Position numbers and translations under genes: made by a program. A stretch of 64,000 nucleotides of DNA, from assembly GCA_965249725.1 (NCBI GenBank), contig CBDFMQ010000001.1:96001-160000 (forward strand), in the 5' to 3' direction. The stretch is from Longimicrobiales bacterium (GTDB lineage Bacteria > Gemmatimonadota > Gemmatimonadetes > Longimicrobiales > Gaopeijiaceae). The first letter of the stretch is position 1, and every line of letters starts with the position of its first letter. Positions 39,021 to 48,307 of the stretch are shown here, in pieces. Under the pieces are notes generated by a model. It did not search any database. It worked only from the letters and a program-made list of their open reading frames with translations, and was not told the DNA's origin.

Positions 39021-39674
39021 TTAAGGGTAGAGGCGTTCGGTACCCCAGCCGCCATCTCTTCGAATGAAACTGAGCCGGTCGTGGAGGCGGTTGAGCCGTC
39101 CCTGCCAGAACTCGATACGCTCGGGGACGACCCGGTATCCTCCCCAGAACTCGGGAAGCGGTACGTCCTGTCCCTTGAACCGCTCCTCGACCTCGGACAC
39201 CTGCTGCTCGAGTTCGGAACGGACCTCCAGGGTGGCGCTCTGTCGAGATGCCCACGCACCGATTTGGCTTCCCCGGTCCCTCGTGTGGAAGTAGGCCTCG
39301 GACTCCTCGGAGCTGATCCGTTCCACCCGGCCCTCCACTCGCACCTGCCGTTGTAGGATGGCCCAATAAAGAAGGAGTGCAGCTCGGGGATTGGCGTCCA
39401 ACTCCACCGCCTTGCGGCTTCCGTAGTTCGTGTAGAACACGAACCCGTCTGCGCTGAAGGCCTTGAGCAGGACCATACGCGATGACGGCACTCCGTCCGC
39501 GCTGGCGGTGGCCAATGAGGTCGCCTCAGGGAGTAGGATCCCCGACTCCTTGGCCTCGTCGAACCACTCGGCGAACAGGTCGATGGGGTCCTGCTCCTCG
39601 GTCGACTCCGGAAGGCCCCGGGTGACCCCTTGCCCCATGGTGAGGACCGACTTCAGCGTGGACTTGATGGACAT
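39021..39674 (-). CDS. pdxH: Pyridoxamine 5'-phosphate oxidase
   Basis: RMVLLK, FYTNYGSRK, RQVRVEG, SQIGAWAS.QS, EFWQGR..RLHDR. Confidence 0.95.
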   Translation of the reverse strand: MSIKSTLKSVLTMGQGVTRGLPESTEEQDPIDLFAEWFDEAKESGILLPEATSLATASADGVPSSRMVLLKAFSADGFVFYTNYGSRKAVELDANPRAALLLYWAILQRQVRVEGRVERISSEESEAYFHTRDRGSQIGAWASRQSATLEVRSELEQQVSEVEERFKGQDVPLPEFWGGYRVVPERIEFWQGRLNRLHDRLSFIRRDGGWGTERLYP

Positions 39675-39884
39675 GGCACCAACGGTAGCGGAGAGGCCCG
39701 CGGTGCGGTAGAGCGGTTTCAAGGCTGTTGCGGTGGAATTCCCCACACCGACATGCGGGAATTCCCGAGGGAGTCGTCTCGGCCCGCCCGGTATTCCGAG
39801 GGGCGGCACAACGGTGACCAGAAGGACGTGAGTCTCTGTACGAGTCCCATCGGTGATAGACCGGAGCCTGAAGACCCGATGGTC

Positions 39885-40475
39885 CTAGGGGCGGATCAGG
39901 GCCTCGCCCGCCGTCAGTGCCTGCATGACCGCCGTCGAGTCGCGCAGCTCTGCGAATACCCTGGGCTCGGCGGGAGGATTGTCCGGATCTCGAAGGCGGA
40001 GCTGCCACCACCCCACGTCGTGCCAGCCATCCAACTTGTACCCGACGTCTTCGTAGACGCCGATCACCCTGAACCCGAGTGATTCGTGAAGGGCCACGCT
40101 CGCCTCGTTCGGGAGCGCGATACCGGCGAGCGCGTTCACGAAGCTCTGGATACGGAGGATCTCGAAGAGAGATGTATACAGGCCCCTCGCGATTCCCCTC
40201 CTGCGCGAGTCGGTGCGCACGTAGGCGGAGACTTCAACGGACCACTGGTAGGCCGATCGTTGTCTGAAGGCGGTGGCGTAGGCGTAGCCCGAGATCCCGT
40301 CACTCCCGTCACAGACCAGCCAGGGGAACCGATCGAGGGTCCGGCGAATCCTCCCGGCCATCTCCACGGGTGAGGGGGTAGTCTCCTCGAACGAGATGGG
40401 CGTATCGGTGACAAGAGGCGTATAGATCTCGAGGATCTGACCGGCGTCGGTCTCTGCGGCGAAACGAATGCTCAA
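39885..40475 (-). CDS. GNAT N-acetyltransferase (phosphinothricin/arsinothricin acetyltransferase-like)
   Basis: ISFE, GYAYA..FR.RSAY.WSVE, PNEASVALHE..GF, GYKLDGWHDVGWW. Confidence 0.88.
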   Translation of the reverse strand: MSIRFAAETDAGQILEIYTPLVTDTPISFEETTPSPVEMAGRIRRTLDRFPWLVCDGSDGISGYAYATAFRQRSAYQWSVEVSAYVRTDSRRRGIARGLYTSLFEILRIQSFVNALAGIALPNEASVALHESLGFRVIGVYEDVGYKLDGWHDVGWWQLRLRDPDNPPAEPRVFAELRDSTAVMQALTAGEALIRP

Positions 40476-40483
40476 GGCGTAGG

Positions 40484-41536
40484 CTAGGGCTGGTAGACCC
40501 GGACCTCCGGAAACGTCAGGACGAACCCGTACCAGCGGGTGAAGACCTGCATGGGCCGTTCGACCTCGAGTTTGGTCCCGTCCGATGCGAACAGGGCGCC
40601 CGCCTTGATGTATTGCCCGTCGTCGAGGCGGAGCATTGATCCATCCCAGCGCGCACCTCCGGCATCGGTATAGAGGGCCAACACCGAATTGGCCGTCGGC
40701 TCGATGTGAACCAGCAGACGCCGTCCGTCCATCTCGTCGAAGACGAACCGTCCCGCCTCTTCCACCACGGCCATCGGGAAGTACCTCTGGGATCCCTCGG
40801 TCCAGGCCCCCAGCCCGATGTCCATGCTCGGCCTCCTCGGGTCCTCACCGCTCATGGTCGCCTTGAGCCGGTCCGACAATCCCCTGATCCGCTCGGCCAG
40901 AGGGGCCCAGCGACTCCGGCGACGGATCGGTCGGGTCGATATCGTGACCTCCAGATCCGGGTGAGCCTCCAGCGCCTGATCCACGGTGCCTTGAAGCAGG
41001 TTGAAGATCGGTAGCCGTCGACCCTCGAGCGGTCCCTGGAGGGCGATGCCCGACACGTGGTGCCAATACGTGCCGGTTTCCCGGTCCCAGAGGACGGAGC
41101 CACCGTTGAAGAGACCGCGATACTCGAAATGGTGAATCCGACCATCGATCGTGGGCGTCATACTGACCCCTGAATTACAGGCGGGTCAGAAAGAGACCAT
41201 CCAGGGTTCGCCGTCGATCTCGCCTTGGGCCGTATGGTGATAGGCCATTTGGTCCGTGACCAAGGCAAGCCGGCCCTTCGAGTGCTCCATGATGAGCACG
41301 CGGGTTTGCACCTGAAGCAGCCCTTCGTCCAACGCCTCCCTCAGTGACCGCGTGCTCCCGACCGCGAACGGCACATAGACCGTCGAGTCGAGGAGCATGG
41401 CTCGATCAGGCTCGAACTCGACGCTGCCGGCCTCGACGATGCTCTGGGCCGTCAAAGGAGCGCCGAGGAGCAGTGACGTTGCACCGATAACCGAGGCGCA
41501 GACCACCGCGAACGCTAGCGAGAGTTTTGTTGCCAT
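40484..41536 (-). CDS. DUF3179-family secreted selenoprotein (TGA at 41186-41188 read as Sec), 350 aa
   Basis: ORFs 41186-41536 and 40484-41161 are in the same frame: ...HH...GEPWMVSF-TGA-PACNSG...; downstream GL.NG..VLWDRETGTYW. Confidence 0.85.
41153..41170 (-). other. Candidate bacterial SECIS hairpin
   Basis: GGG-GTCA-[GTA]-TGAC-g-CCC; G-initiated apical loop starts 23 nt after the UGA. Confidence 0.5.
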
Positions 41537-41736
41537 TGTGGTTTCACGTTAGCACGGCACCCGCTGCTGGGGAAAGCCGGAAGTGCCGCTCCTGTTCAGG
41601 CCGATGCCGGCTCCACGTCGTGAATGCGGGCCAGGTCGACCTTGAGTACTCCACCCTCCGCATCGTGGTCGAACATGTCGGAGAAACGGGCGGACGACGA
41701 CCTCGTGGACATCAGTCGGTCGGTTGTCCGCGCGGC

Positions 41737-42762
41737 TCAGGTGGGGCTCAGCGTCCGCGCCAGGCGCCGGGCCTCCGAGAAGGACACAAGCCTCCGGGTG
41801 TCTTCGTGCCAGAGCGAGAGGCGCAGGGTCTTGATGCCGTCCCAGATCGAGATCTTGGTCACCTGCTGAAACTCGGGGATGTCGTCCAGACACTCCTGCA
41901 GCTTGTAGTTGGGGATACGAGCGCTGATGTGGTGAATGTGGTGAATCCCGATGCTGGCCGTGATCCACTGGAGCCACTTCGGCAGCACGAGATGTGAACT
42001 TCCCTCCAGTCCCGCGTCGAAGTACTCCCACTCCTCGTGTCCGTGCCAGTACGTCTCCTCGAATTGATGCTGCACGTAGAAGAGCCACACCCCGGCACTG
42101 ACCGTGTACAGCAGGATCGGGAGATGGACCAGGACGAAGGCCTTCAAGCCGATCGTGAGCCACATGCCCCCGACTATCGCGGCCAGCACGGCGTTGGTCT
42201 GCCAGACGCTGATCCACTCCCGTTTCCAACGCCGGGGGATATCCCAGGGGTAGCGATGCTTCAACAGGAACAGGTAGAGCCCTCCCAGCCCCAGCATCAC
42301 CGCCGGGTGCCGATAGGCCCTGTACCGGAGTCTCCCGAGGAACGACTTGTCGTAGTACTCGGTCACGGTGAGCGTGTCGATGTCGCCGAATCCCCTGAAG
42401 TCCAGATCGCCCGAATGAGCGTGGTGGTAAGCGTGGGTTTTTCGCCAGTAGCGGTAGGGCGTGAGCGTCAGCACCCCGATCCAGAACCCGACCGTGTCGG
42501 CCACCTTCTGGGACTTGAAGAAGGAGCCGTGCCCGCAGTCGTGCTGGATCATGAAGAGCCGCGTAAGGAACGCCGCGGCGGGCAGAGCCAGCACCAAGGT
42601 GAGCCAATAGCTCACATCGAGGGCACGATAGGACGCGTACCAGAAAAGGAAATAGGGCGGGGCGGAGGTGAGGATCTGAGTGACGCTACGCCGCAGCTCG
42701 GGTCCGCCGTAGGGTCCCAGGAGCGCCCGCCACGACTCGGATGTTTTGTGTTCCTTGGTCAA
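41737..42762 (-). CDS. Membrane fatty acid desaturase (Bacillus Des-like)
   Basis: His boxes QHDCGH, HAYHH, HHIHH; YVQHQFE. Confidence 0.92.
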   Translation of the reverse strand: MTKEHKTSESWRALLGPYGGPELRRSVTQILTSAPPYFLFWYASYRALDVSYWLTLVLALPAAAFLTRLFMIQHDCGHGSFFKSQKVADTVGFWIGVLTLTPYRYWRKTHAYHHAHSGDLDFRGFGDIDTLTVTEYYDKSFLGRLRYRAYRHPAVMLGLGGLYLFLLKHRYPWDIPRRWKREWISVWQTNAVLAAIVGGMWLTIGLKAFVLVHLPILLYTVSAGVWLFYVQHQFEETYWHGHEEWEYFDAGLEGSSHLVLPKWLQWITASIGIHHIHHISARIPNYKLQECLDDIPEFQQVTKISIWDGIKTLRLSLWHEDTRRLVSFSEARRLARTLSPT

Positions 42763-43559
42763 CTGAAGCCGACTCCTAGAGCCGAGGGAAGTGAGGCGAT
42801 GGAATCTATGATCAGGTCAGGCTTCGGGGCTCCACGCCCCAGATCCTCATCGCGGAACTTGCCGGTGCGCACAAGAACCGCCGCTGAGTCGCACGCCTGT
42901 GCGCCCACCACGTCGGTACCGATGTCGTCACCCACGACCGCCATGTTGAAGAGGTCTACTCCCATCGAGTCGGCCGCGGCTTGGAAGAAGGCTGGGCTGG
43001 GCTTGCCCATGACCTGGGCTTCCTGCCCCGTAGCATACTCGAGTGCCGTCACGAAGGCCCCCGCGTCGAGGGCCAACCCCTGACCGGTGTCCCAGTAGCG
43101 GTTCCGCTGGAGAGCGACGAACTCGGCGCCCTCCATGAGGTGATTGAAGGACCGGTTCAGGCGGCTGAAGTCCCAGCCGGCCCCAAGATCTCCAACGACG
43201 ACGGCCTGTGGTGACGTCTCGTTCACGGTGAAGTGACTGAAGTCGGCGTGCGTGGCTTCGGGGACACAGAGCGAGACGTTCCAAAGTCCCTTCTGCTCCA
43301 GCCAAGACGCGGCGGCCAAGGGAGCCGTGAGCACCTCTTCGGCTTCGAGCTCGAGACCCAGACGGTGCATTCGTTCCACCAGTGCAGCGCGAGACATGCG
43401 TGTGGTGTTGGTGCCGAAGCACATGGGTAGGCCGCCTCGCCGGAGCGCGGCTACGGCATCGGCGGCGCCGGGAATGAGCCGGTCTCCGATGAAGACCGTC
43501 CCGTCCAGGTCGAGGAGGACGCCCTTGATGTCCTCGAGCTGTTCCATGTCCTGAGCCAT
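42759..43559 (-). CDS. HAD-IIA hydrolase (LHPP/HDHD2-like)
   Basis: LDLDGT, TN, GKPS..FF, VGDD..TDV.GA, LVRTGK. Confidence 0.9.
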   Translation of the reverse strand: MAQDMEQLEDIKGVLLDLDGTVFIGDRLIPGAADAVAALRRGGLPMCFGTNTTRMSRAALVERMHRLGLELEAEEVLTAPLAAASWLEQKGLWNVSLCVPEATHADFSHFTVNETSPQAVVVGDLGAGWDFSRLNRSFNHLMEGAEFVALQRNRYWDTGQGLALDAGAFVTALEYATGQEAQVMGKPSPAFFQAAADSMGVDLFNMAVVGDDIGTDVVGAQACDSAAVLVRTGKFRDEDLGRGAPKPDLIIDSIASLPSALGVGFS

Positions 43560-43734
43560 CTATCGCAGTTTCCCGGTTGGAGCCGCGCGTGGAGCGGGGG
43601 CCAAGTCTGGACCGCACCGTCGAGCCGGGACAAAGTAGAGTGACTTCCGGAGACGGTCCATGGCGTACTTCCCCCGGGTCCATCGGGTTCCTACTGTCTT
43701 GGGGAGTACTGGGCTTCTCATCGCGGAGGTAGGC

Positions 43735-44184
43735 ATGTCGATCTGGCGAAGCGCCTTGTCGATCTTGGGCGCGTTCTTTGTCGTGGCGGTATTGGTGGGG
43801 GTGGCTACGCCTGTTGCCTCCAACGTCATGTTGGGGGGCATGGGCCCGGATGTAGAGCTCACTGCGGCGTACCTCGTGGTGAATGTGACCTACAGCGCTT
43901 TGATCGCCGTAATCGGAGGATATGTTGCGGCCACGGTCTCAGATCACTCGCCACTGGGGCACGCGGCCGGGTTGGCGGGGGTCATGATGGTTCTGGGCCT
44001 CGCCTCGTGGCTGATCGTCAACCGTGGGGATCCGGTTTCGGGACAACCCTCGTGGTATCCGTTCGTGACGAGCTTGCTGGTGCCACCGATGGCGATCCTA
44101 GGGGGCGTCCTCGTCACCCGTCGAACACGAAGCAAGACACAGTTCAGCCGGCGTGCGCGGGAGGCCGCGGCCTCCGACACATAG
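43735..44184 (+). CDS. Small 4-TM membrane protein
   Basis: GGAGG RBS; hydrophobic helices; QP.WY motif. Confidence 0.75.
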   Translation: MSIWRSALSILGAFFVVAVLVGVATPVASNVMLGGMGPDVELTAAYLVVNVTYSALIAVIGGYVAATVSDHSPLGHAAGLAGVMMVLGLASWLIVNRGDPVSGQPSWYPFVTSLLVPPMAILGGVLVTRRTRSKTQFSRRAREAAASDT

Positions 44185-44199
44185 GAAGGGGCCCCAGAT

Positions 44200-44979
44200 A
44201 TGATTGCTTTCACCAACATCGCCTTCTATGCGCTCATCGGCGCAGCGACGCCGACCACGTCCGCTCCCTCCGTGGTATCCGATCCGGGTCCCGATCAGTT
44301 CGCTCCCGAGACGGTAGCCGAGGTCGTGGAAGCCATGATCGAGCGGTACGTCGGCATGTGGTATCGCGACTTCACGTTCGTTCAGACCACGAGCTTCTAT
44401 GACGCCGAAGAGAACGTGTCCCGCACCGAAACCTGGTACGAGTCCATCAGACTGCCGGGCAAGCTCCGCATCGACGTAGACCCGGTCGACCAGGGCCGGA
44501 TCATCATGTTCAACGACAACACGATCTATCAGTTCCAGGGCGGAGAACTGCAGGGGTCGCAGGCCACCGTCCATCCGCTCCTTCTCATGGGCTTCGACGT
44601 CTACTTCATGCCGGTCTATGAAGTGCTCGAGAAGCTCGAAGGCCTCGGGGTCGACCTGGACAAGATGCACGAGTCCACATGGCAGGATCGACCCGTATAC
44701 GTGCTCGGTGCCGACGAGGGAGACGAGACCTCACACCAGTTCTGGATCGACCAGGAGCGACTCGTGTTCGTCCGCGAGATCAACGGGGATTCCGAGACGC
44801 AGTTCAACAAGTACGAACGGTTGGGTCGGGCCTGGGTTGCGCCGGAGGTGGTGTTCATGAACGCGGGCAAGGTCACCCTGCTCGAGGAGTACTATGACAT
44901 GAGTGTCGAGCGAGAGCTGGACGACAGCGCGTTCTTACCCGAAGGAAGCGTACGGCCCTCCTGGATTCCTGAGGGGTAG
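44200..44979 (+). CDS. Secreted hypothetical protein (possibly LolA-like fold)
   Basis: Signal-like N-terminus; FVQTT, TWYE...PGKLRID, FWID.ERL. Confidence 0.7.
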   Translation: MIAFTNIAFYALIGAATPTTSAPSVVSDPGPDQFAPETVAEVVEAMIERYVGMWYRDFTFVQTTSFYDAEENVSRTETWYESIRLPGKLRIDVDPVDQGRIIMFNDNTIYQFQGGELQGSQATVHPLLLMGFDVYFMPVYEVLEKLEGLGVDLDKMHESTWQDRPVYVLGADEGDETSHQFWIDQERLVFVREINGDSETQFNKYERLGRAWVAPEVVFMNAGKVTLLEEYYDMSVERELDDSAFLPEGSVRPSWIPEG

Positions 44980-44990
44980 CGGGAGCCCAG

Positions 44991-46538
44991 CTAGCGTCTG
45001 ATCAGTCGGGTCGTTCCCGCGTTCACCGCACCTACGACGTCCCCCTCGGCGTCACGCTCGATCATCATGACGTCGCCGTCGCTCGTTTCGAACCACTCGT
45101 CGGCGGAGGTCGAATAGAAGACCATCGTGCCCTGACCCGGCACGACGACTTCGAGCGTGCCATCCTCACCGGGCCGGAACTCGATCTCGAAGTCGGGCAC
45201 TCCCTCGATCTCGTACTCTCCGCTGAGCGCGTCGACCACGGACGCGTCGAGGGTCACACGAGACTTGGTCTCGGGCCTGTTGATCGGCCAGTCGCCCGCG
45301 TCGGCGACGGAGCGGGCGATCTCTCCGGCAAGAGCAGAGCCGCGGTCTCCATTCGTCATGATGGCGTATCCGAGCCGCAAATGGCGCAGCACCTGCCAGT
45401 TCGCCCTGAATCCGGCATTCGAGCCTCCGTGGCCGAACGAGGCGTGCCCCTCCCGCTCACCGAGCCCGAATCCGAGTCCATGGTCGTTGAACCCTTCGGC
45501 GCCGTCGCGATTCGGGGTGAGCATCTGTTCCAGCATCCCCTGGGAGATCACCCCGTCCGTGATCTCTCCGTCGAGAATCTTCAGAAGATGCACGGACACG
45601 CGGGCCAGCTCGGTGGGAGTGGTCCAGAGTCCCGCCGCGGCCTGCTCGGGGTAGGTATGCCATTCACCCTCCACCTCGGATCCATCTCCACGGTGCGCCC
45701 TCGCAGCCTCGTCCCAACGATCCTCCGGCAGAGGCTGCTCGTATGTAGAGAGGGACATGCCCGCAGGGCCGAGCACGCGCTCGGCGACGACCTCGGGGAA
45801 CGACCTTCCTGAGATGTCCTCCAGAGCCTGCTCCATGACCGTGTATCCACCTCCCGAGTACTGCCAGGAAGTCCCCGGGACCTTGTAGACGCGCACCGGG
45901 TCGGTGTTGCCCTCCCCGTCCAGTACATGGGCATTGGTGGCGAGAGCCTGATCCGTCCGGAACGGCTCGTCCTTTCGGTAGCCGGGGAATCCCCAGACGG
46001 TTGTCCCCGCCGAATGCGTGAGCAGCCCGCGGAGCGTCACAGCCGAGTCGCCTGTGAACTCGTTGTCGGGCAAGGTCCAGCTGGTGAGGTAGTCGTTGAT
46101 CGGAGCGTCGAGTTCGAGGCGGCCTTCCTCGACCAGCGAGAGGGCGGCGAGCGCACCCACGGGCTTGGAGATCGAAGCCGCCTGGAAGAGTGTCTCGACC
46201 GTGGCCGGACTCCCGGTCCCCGTGTCGGCGACGCCCCATGCCTTGGCCCACACGATCTCGCCCTCTTCGATCACGGCCACGCTCACGGCCGGCACCGAGT
46301 AGTGGTCCATCCGTTCCGCCAGCGTCCATCCCTGGAGGGTCTCACCCTCTAGGACGACCGCTGGCATCAGAGCATTCTCGACCGCAGAAACCCAGTCGCT
46401 AACGTCACGTGCATCAGGCTCGGCCGCGTCGGGAGGGGTGGTGCAGGCGACGGCGAAGAGGAGGAGGGCGCCCACAAGACGTTTGACTGTGCTGGGTGTC
46501 GCGGGCACTGGCTCTGCTCCTTGTCTGGCTTGGCTCAT
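44991..46538 (-). CDS. Serine hydrolase, beta-lactamase class C-like lipoprotein
   Basis: AVA-C lipobox; ASISK (SxxK), LLTHSAG, YSGGGY, HGG; start uncertain. Confidence 0.88.
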   Translation of the reverse strand: MSQARQGAEPVPATPSTVKRLVGALLLFAVACTTPPDAAEPDARDVSDWVSAVENALMPAVVLEGETLQGWTLAERMDHYSVPAVSVAVIEEGEIVWAKAWGVADTGTGSPATVETLFQAASISKPVGALAALSLVEEGRLELDAPINDYLTSWTLPDNEFTGDSAVTLRGLLTHSAGTTVWGFPGYRKDEPFRTDQALATNAHVLDGEGNTDPVRVYKVPGTSWQYSGGGYTVMEQALEDISGRSFPEVVAERVLGPAGMSLSTYEQPLPEDRWDEAARAHRGDGSEVEGEWHTYPEQAAAGLWTTPTELARVSVHLLKILDGEITDGVISQGMLEQMLTPNRDGAEGFNDHGLGFGLGEREGHASFGHGGSNAGFRANWQVLRHLRLGYAIMTNGDRGSALAGEIARSVADAGDWPINRPETKSRVTLDASVVDALSGEYEIEGVPDFEIEFRPGEDGTLEVVVPGQGTMVFYSTSADEWFETSDGDVMMIERDAEGDVVGAVNAGTTRLIRR

Positions 46539-46554
46539 GGCGGGCACCCCAGCA

Positions 46555-46830
46555 TCACCTGCGGTCCGCAGGCACCCCGTACGGATATAGATCACTCAGT
46601 GTGGCGTGTTCGTACGGCAGTGCGTCGAGAAACGTGGTGCCCACGAAGGGCCCCGGAGCCTCGACCACGATGATGGTCCGCGCGTACCCCGTCTCGTCGA
46701 AGCCGCGTCGGAAATGCACGCGCGACTTGACCACAAAGACGTCGTAGTCGTCGGGTTCGATCGAACCGAGTCGGAAGCTCTCCGGATACAGAACCTGCGT
46801 GTAGGCGGGCGAGAGCATCTTCGGACATGA
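46555..46830 (-). pseudogene. C-terminal remnant of an MlrC/M81 metallopeptidase
   Basis: VVKSRVHFRRGF and V.APG...L..LPY; about 85 aa only, directly after the permease stop. Confidence 0.7.
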
Positions 46831-46837
46831 ACTCGAC

Positions 46838-48244
46838 TTACGCCAGCTTGTCCAAGGCGACGCCGGTCTCGGGCTCGAACCAGCCCCGGCGACTCCCGAT
46901 GACATAGACGATGGCCCCCGCGCCGAGCGTGGCGAGAGCGGCTCCGGTCGGTACCGGGGCTCCGATCAACCCGTTGATCCACGCAGCGATCGTGATCACC
47001 AGGAAGATCAAGGCCGGAAGCGGATGGAGCGGTGTCCGGAAGACGTCGTCTGTCGTACTGGGCCCCTGGTCCGCGGCATCGGCCTGGCGCCGGAAGACGA
47101 AGAGCGTCACGACCGTGAGCCCGTTGAAGAGCAACAGCGAAGAGCCGATGTAGATGAGCAGAGTCTCGAACGTACCCGTCAGGGCCAGAGCCGCTGCGAG
47201 TACGCCCTGGGCCACGATGGCTGCGATGGGGACATGTCCTTTATCAGAAATGCGACCCAGGAGCTGCGGTGCCACCCCATCTCGGGCCATGGCGAAGTAG
47301 ATCCGGGGGCCCACTGCGGTCATGGCGCTCACGGACCCGAACATCGCGAGCGCGATGATGCTCGTGACCACGAGCGAGCCCTGGAGGCCGAACAACCGCT
47401 CGGCGGCCAACTGCCCGACGGCGATGGCCGGTTCCCACTCGGCGTGGGGCAGGGCGTAGAAGAAGAGCGCATTGATGAGGAGATAGAGCGTCGTCACGAA
47501 GAGTGTCCCGCCCAGTATCGCCCTGGGGAGGTTCTTCGTGGGATCGCGGACCTCCCCGGCGATGTACGCGGCGGCGTTCCATCCCGCGTACGCGTAAGTC
47601 ACCTGTAGGAGGGCCACCCACCAGTTGCTCCCGGGGTCACTGCGAGCGACGAGACCCGACCACGAGCCGTTCCCGGTAGAGAACCCGGCCAGGACCATGA
47701 CCATGATCGAACCCACCACCACGGTGGCCAGCGTCGTCTGGACTCCTCCGCTCCACCGTATGCCCACCGAGTGGACCAGGGTGAGCAGGAGAACCATCAG
47801 GGACGCCCCCGCGGCGCCCTGGCTGATCGCGAGCCCTTCGATGAGGGGGGCGTCCGGGCTCCACCCGCCGAACAGAGGCGCAAGGTAAGCCATCACCCCG
47901 AGAGCCGACGCCGCCATGGCGGCCGAGAATCCCACGATGAACGAGGTCCATCCGCTCAGAAAGCCCCACACCCGACCGAGTCCCCGGGTCAGGTAGCGGT
48001 ACTCGCCCCCGGCAGCGGGCATGTGGGTGGCGAGTTCCGAATAGCAGAGTGCGCCGCACAGGGCCAGGAACCCGGCTGCCGCCCACACCCCCAGGGAGGC
48101 CAGGGAGCTGCCGGTCGCGACACGCACGAAGGCGGGGACGGTGAAGATCCCCGAACCGATCATGTTGCTTACGACGAACGCCCCGGCGCCAACGGCGCCC
48201 AACGTGCGGACCAGGCCTTCTGCGCCGACCTCATTCTTTGACAT
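46838..48244 (-). CDS. APC family amino acid permease
   Basis: MIGSGIF, CYSEL...P.AGGEY, YAGWN, GEVRDP.KNLPRAI, PR..FAMARDG. Confidence 0.92.
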   Translation of the reverse strand: MSKNEVGAEGLVRTLGAVGAGAFVVSNMIGSGIFTVPAFVRVATGSSLASLGVWAAAGFLALCGALCYSELATHMPAAGGEYRYLTRGLGRVWGFLSGWTSFIVGFSAAMAASALGVMAYLAPLFGGWSPDAPLIEGLAISQGAAGASLMVLLLTLVHSVGIRWSGGVQTTLATVVVGSIMVMVLAGFSTGNGSWSGLVARSDPGSNWWVALLQVTYAYAGWNAAAYIAGEVRDPTKNLPRAILGGTLFVTTLYLLINALFFYALPHAEWEPAIAVGQLAAERLFGLQGSLVVTSIIALAMFGSVSAMTAVGPRIYFAMARDGVAPQLLGRISDKGHVPIAAIVAQGVLAAALALTGTFETLLIYIGSSLLLFNGLTVVTLFVFRRQADAADQGPSTTDDVFRTPLHPLPALIFLVITIAAWINGLIGAPVPTGAALATLGAGAIVYVIGSRRGWFEPETGVALDKLA

Positions 48245-48307
48245 CAGACGGCGCCTTCCAAGTGGTGCCTCTCGCTGGGGCTTCTCGCTGAGCTCCTCGC
48301 TGGGCCC

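Noticed and set aside
41595..41712. 38-codon minus-strand ORF upstream of the DUF3179 gene
   Set aside because: No clear RBS or recognisable similarity; cannot be supported.
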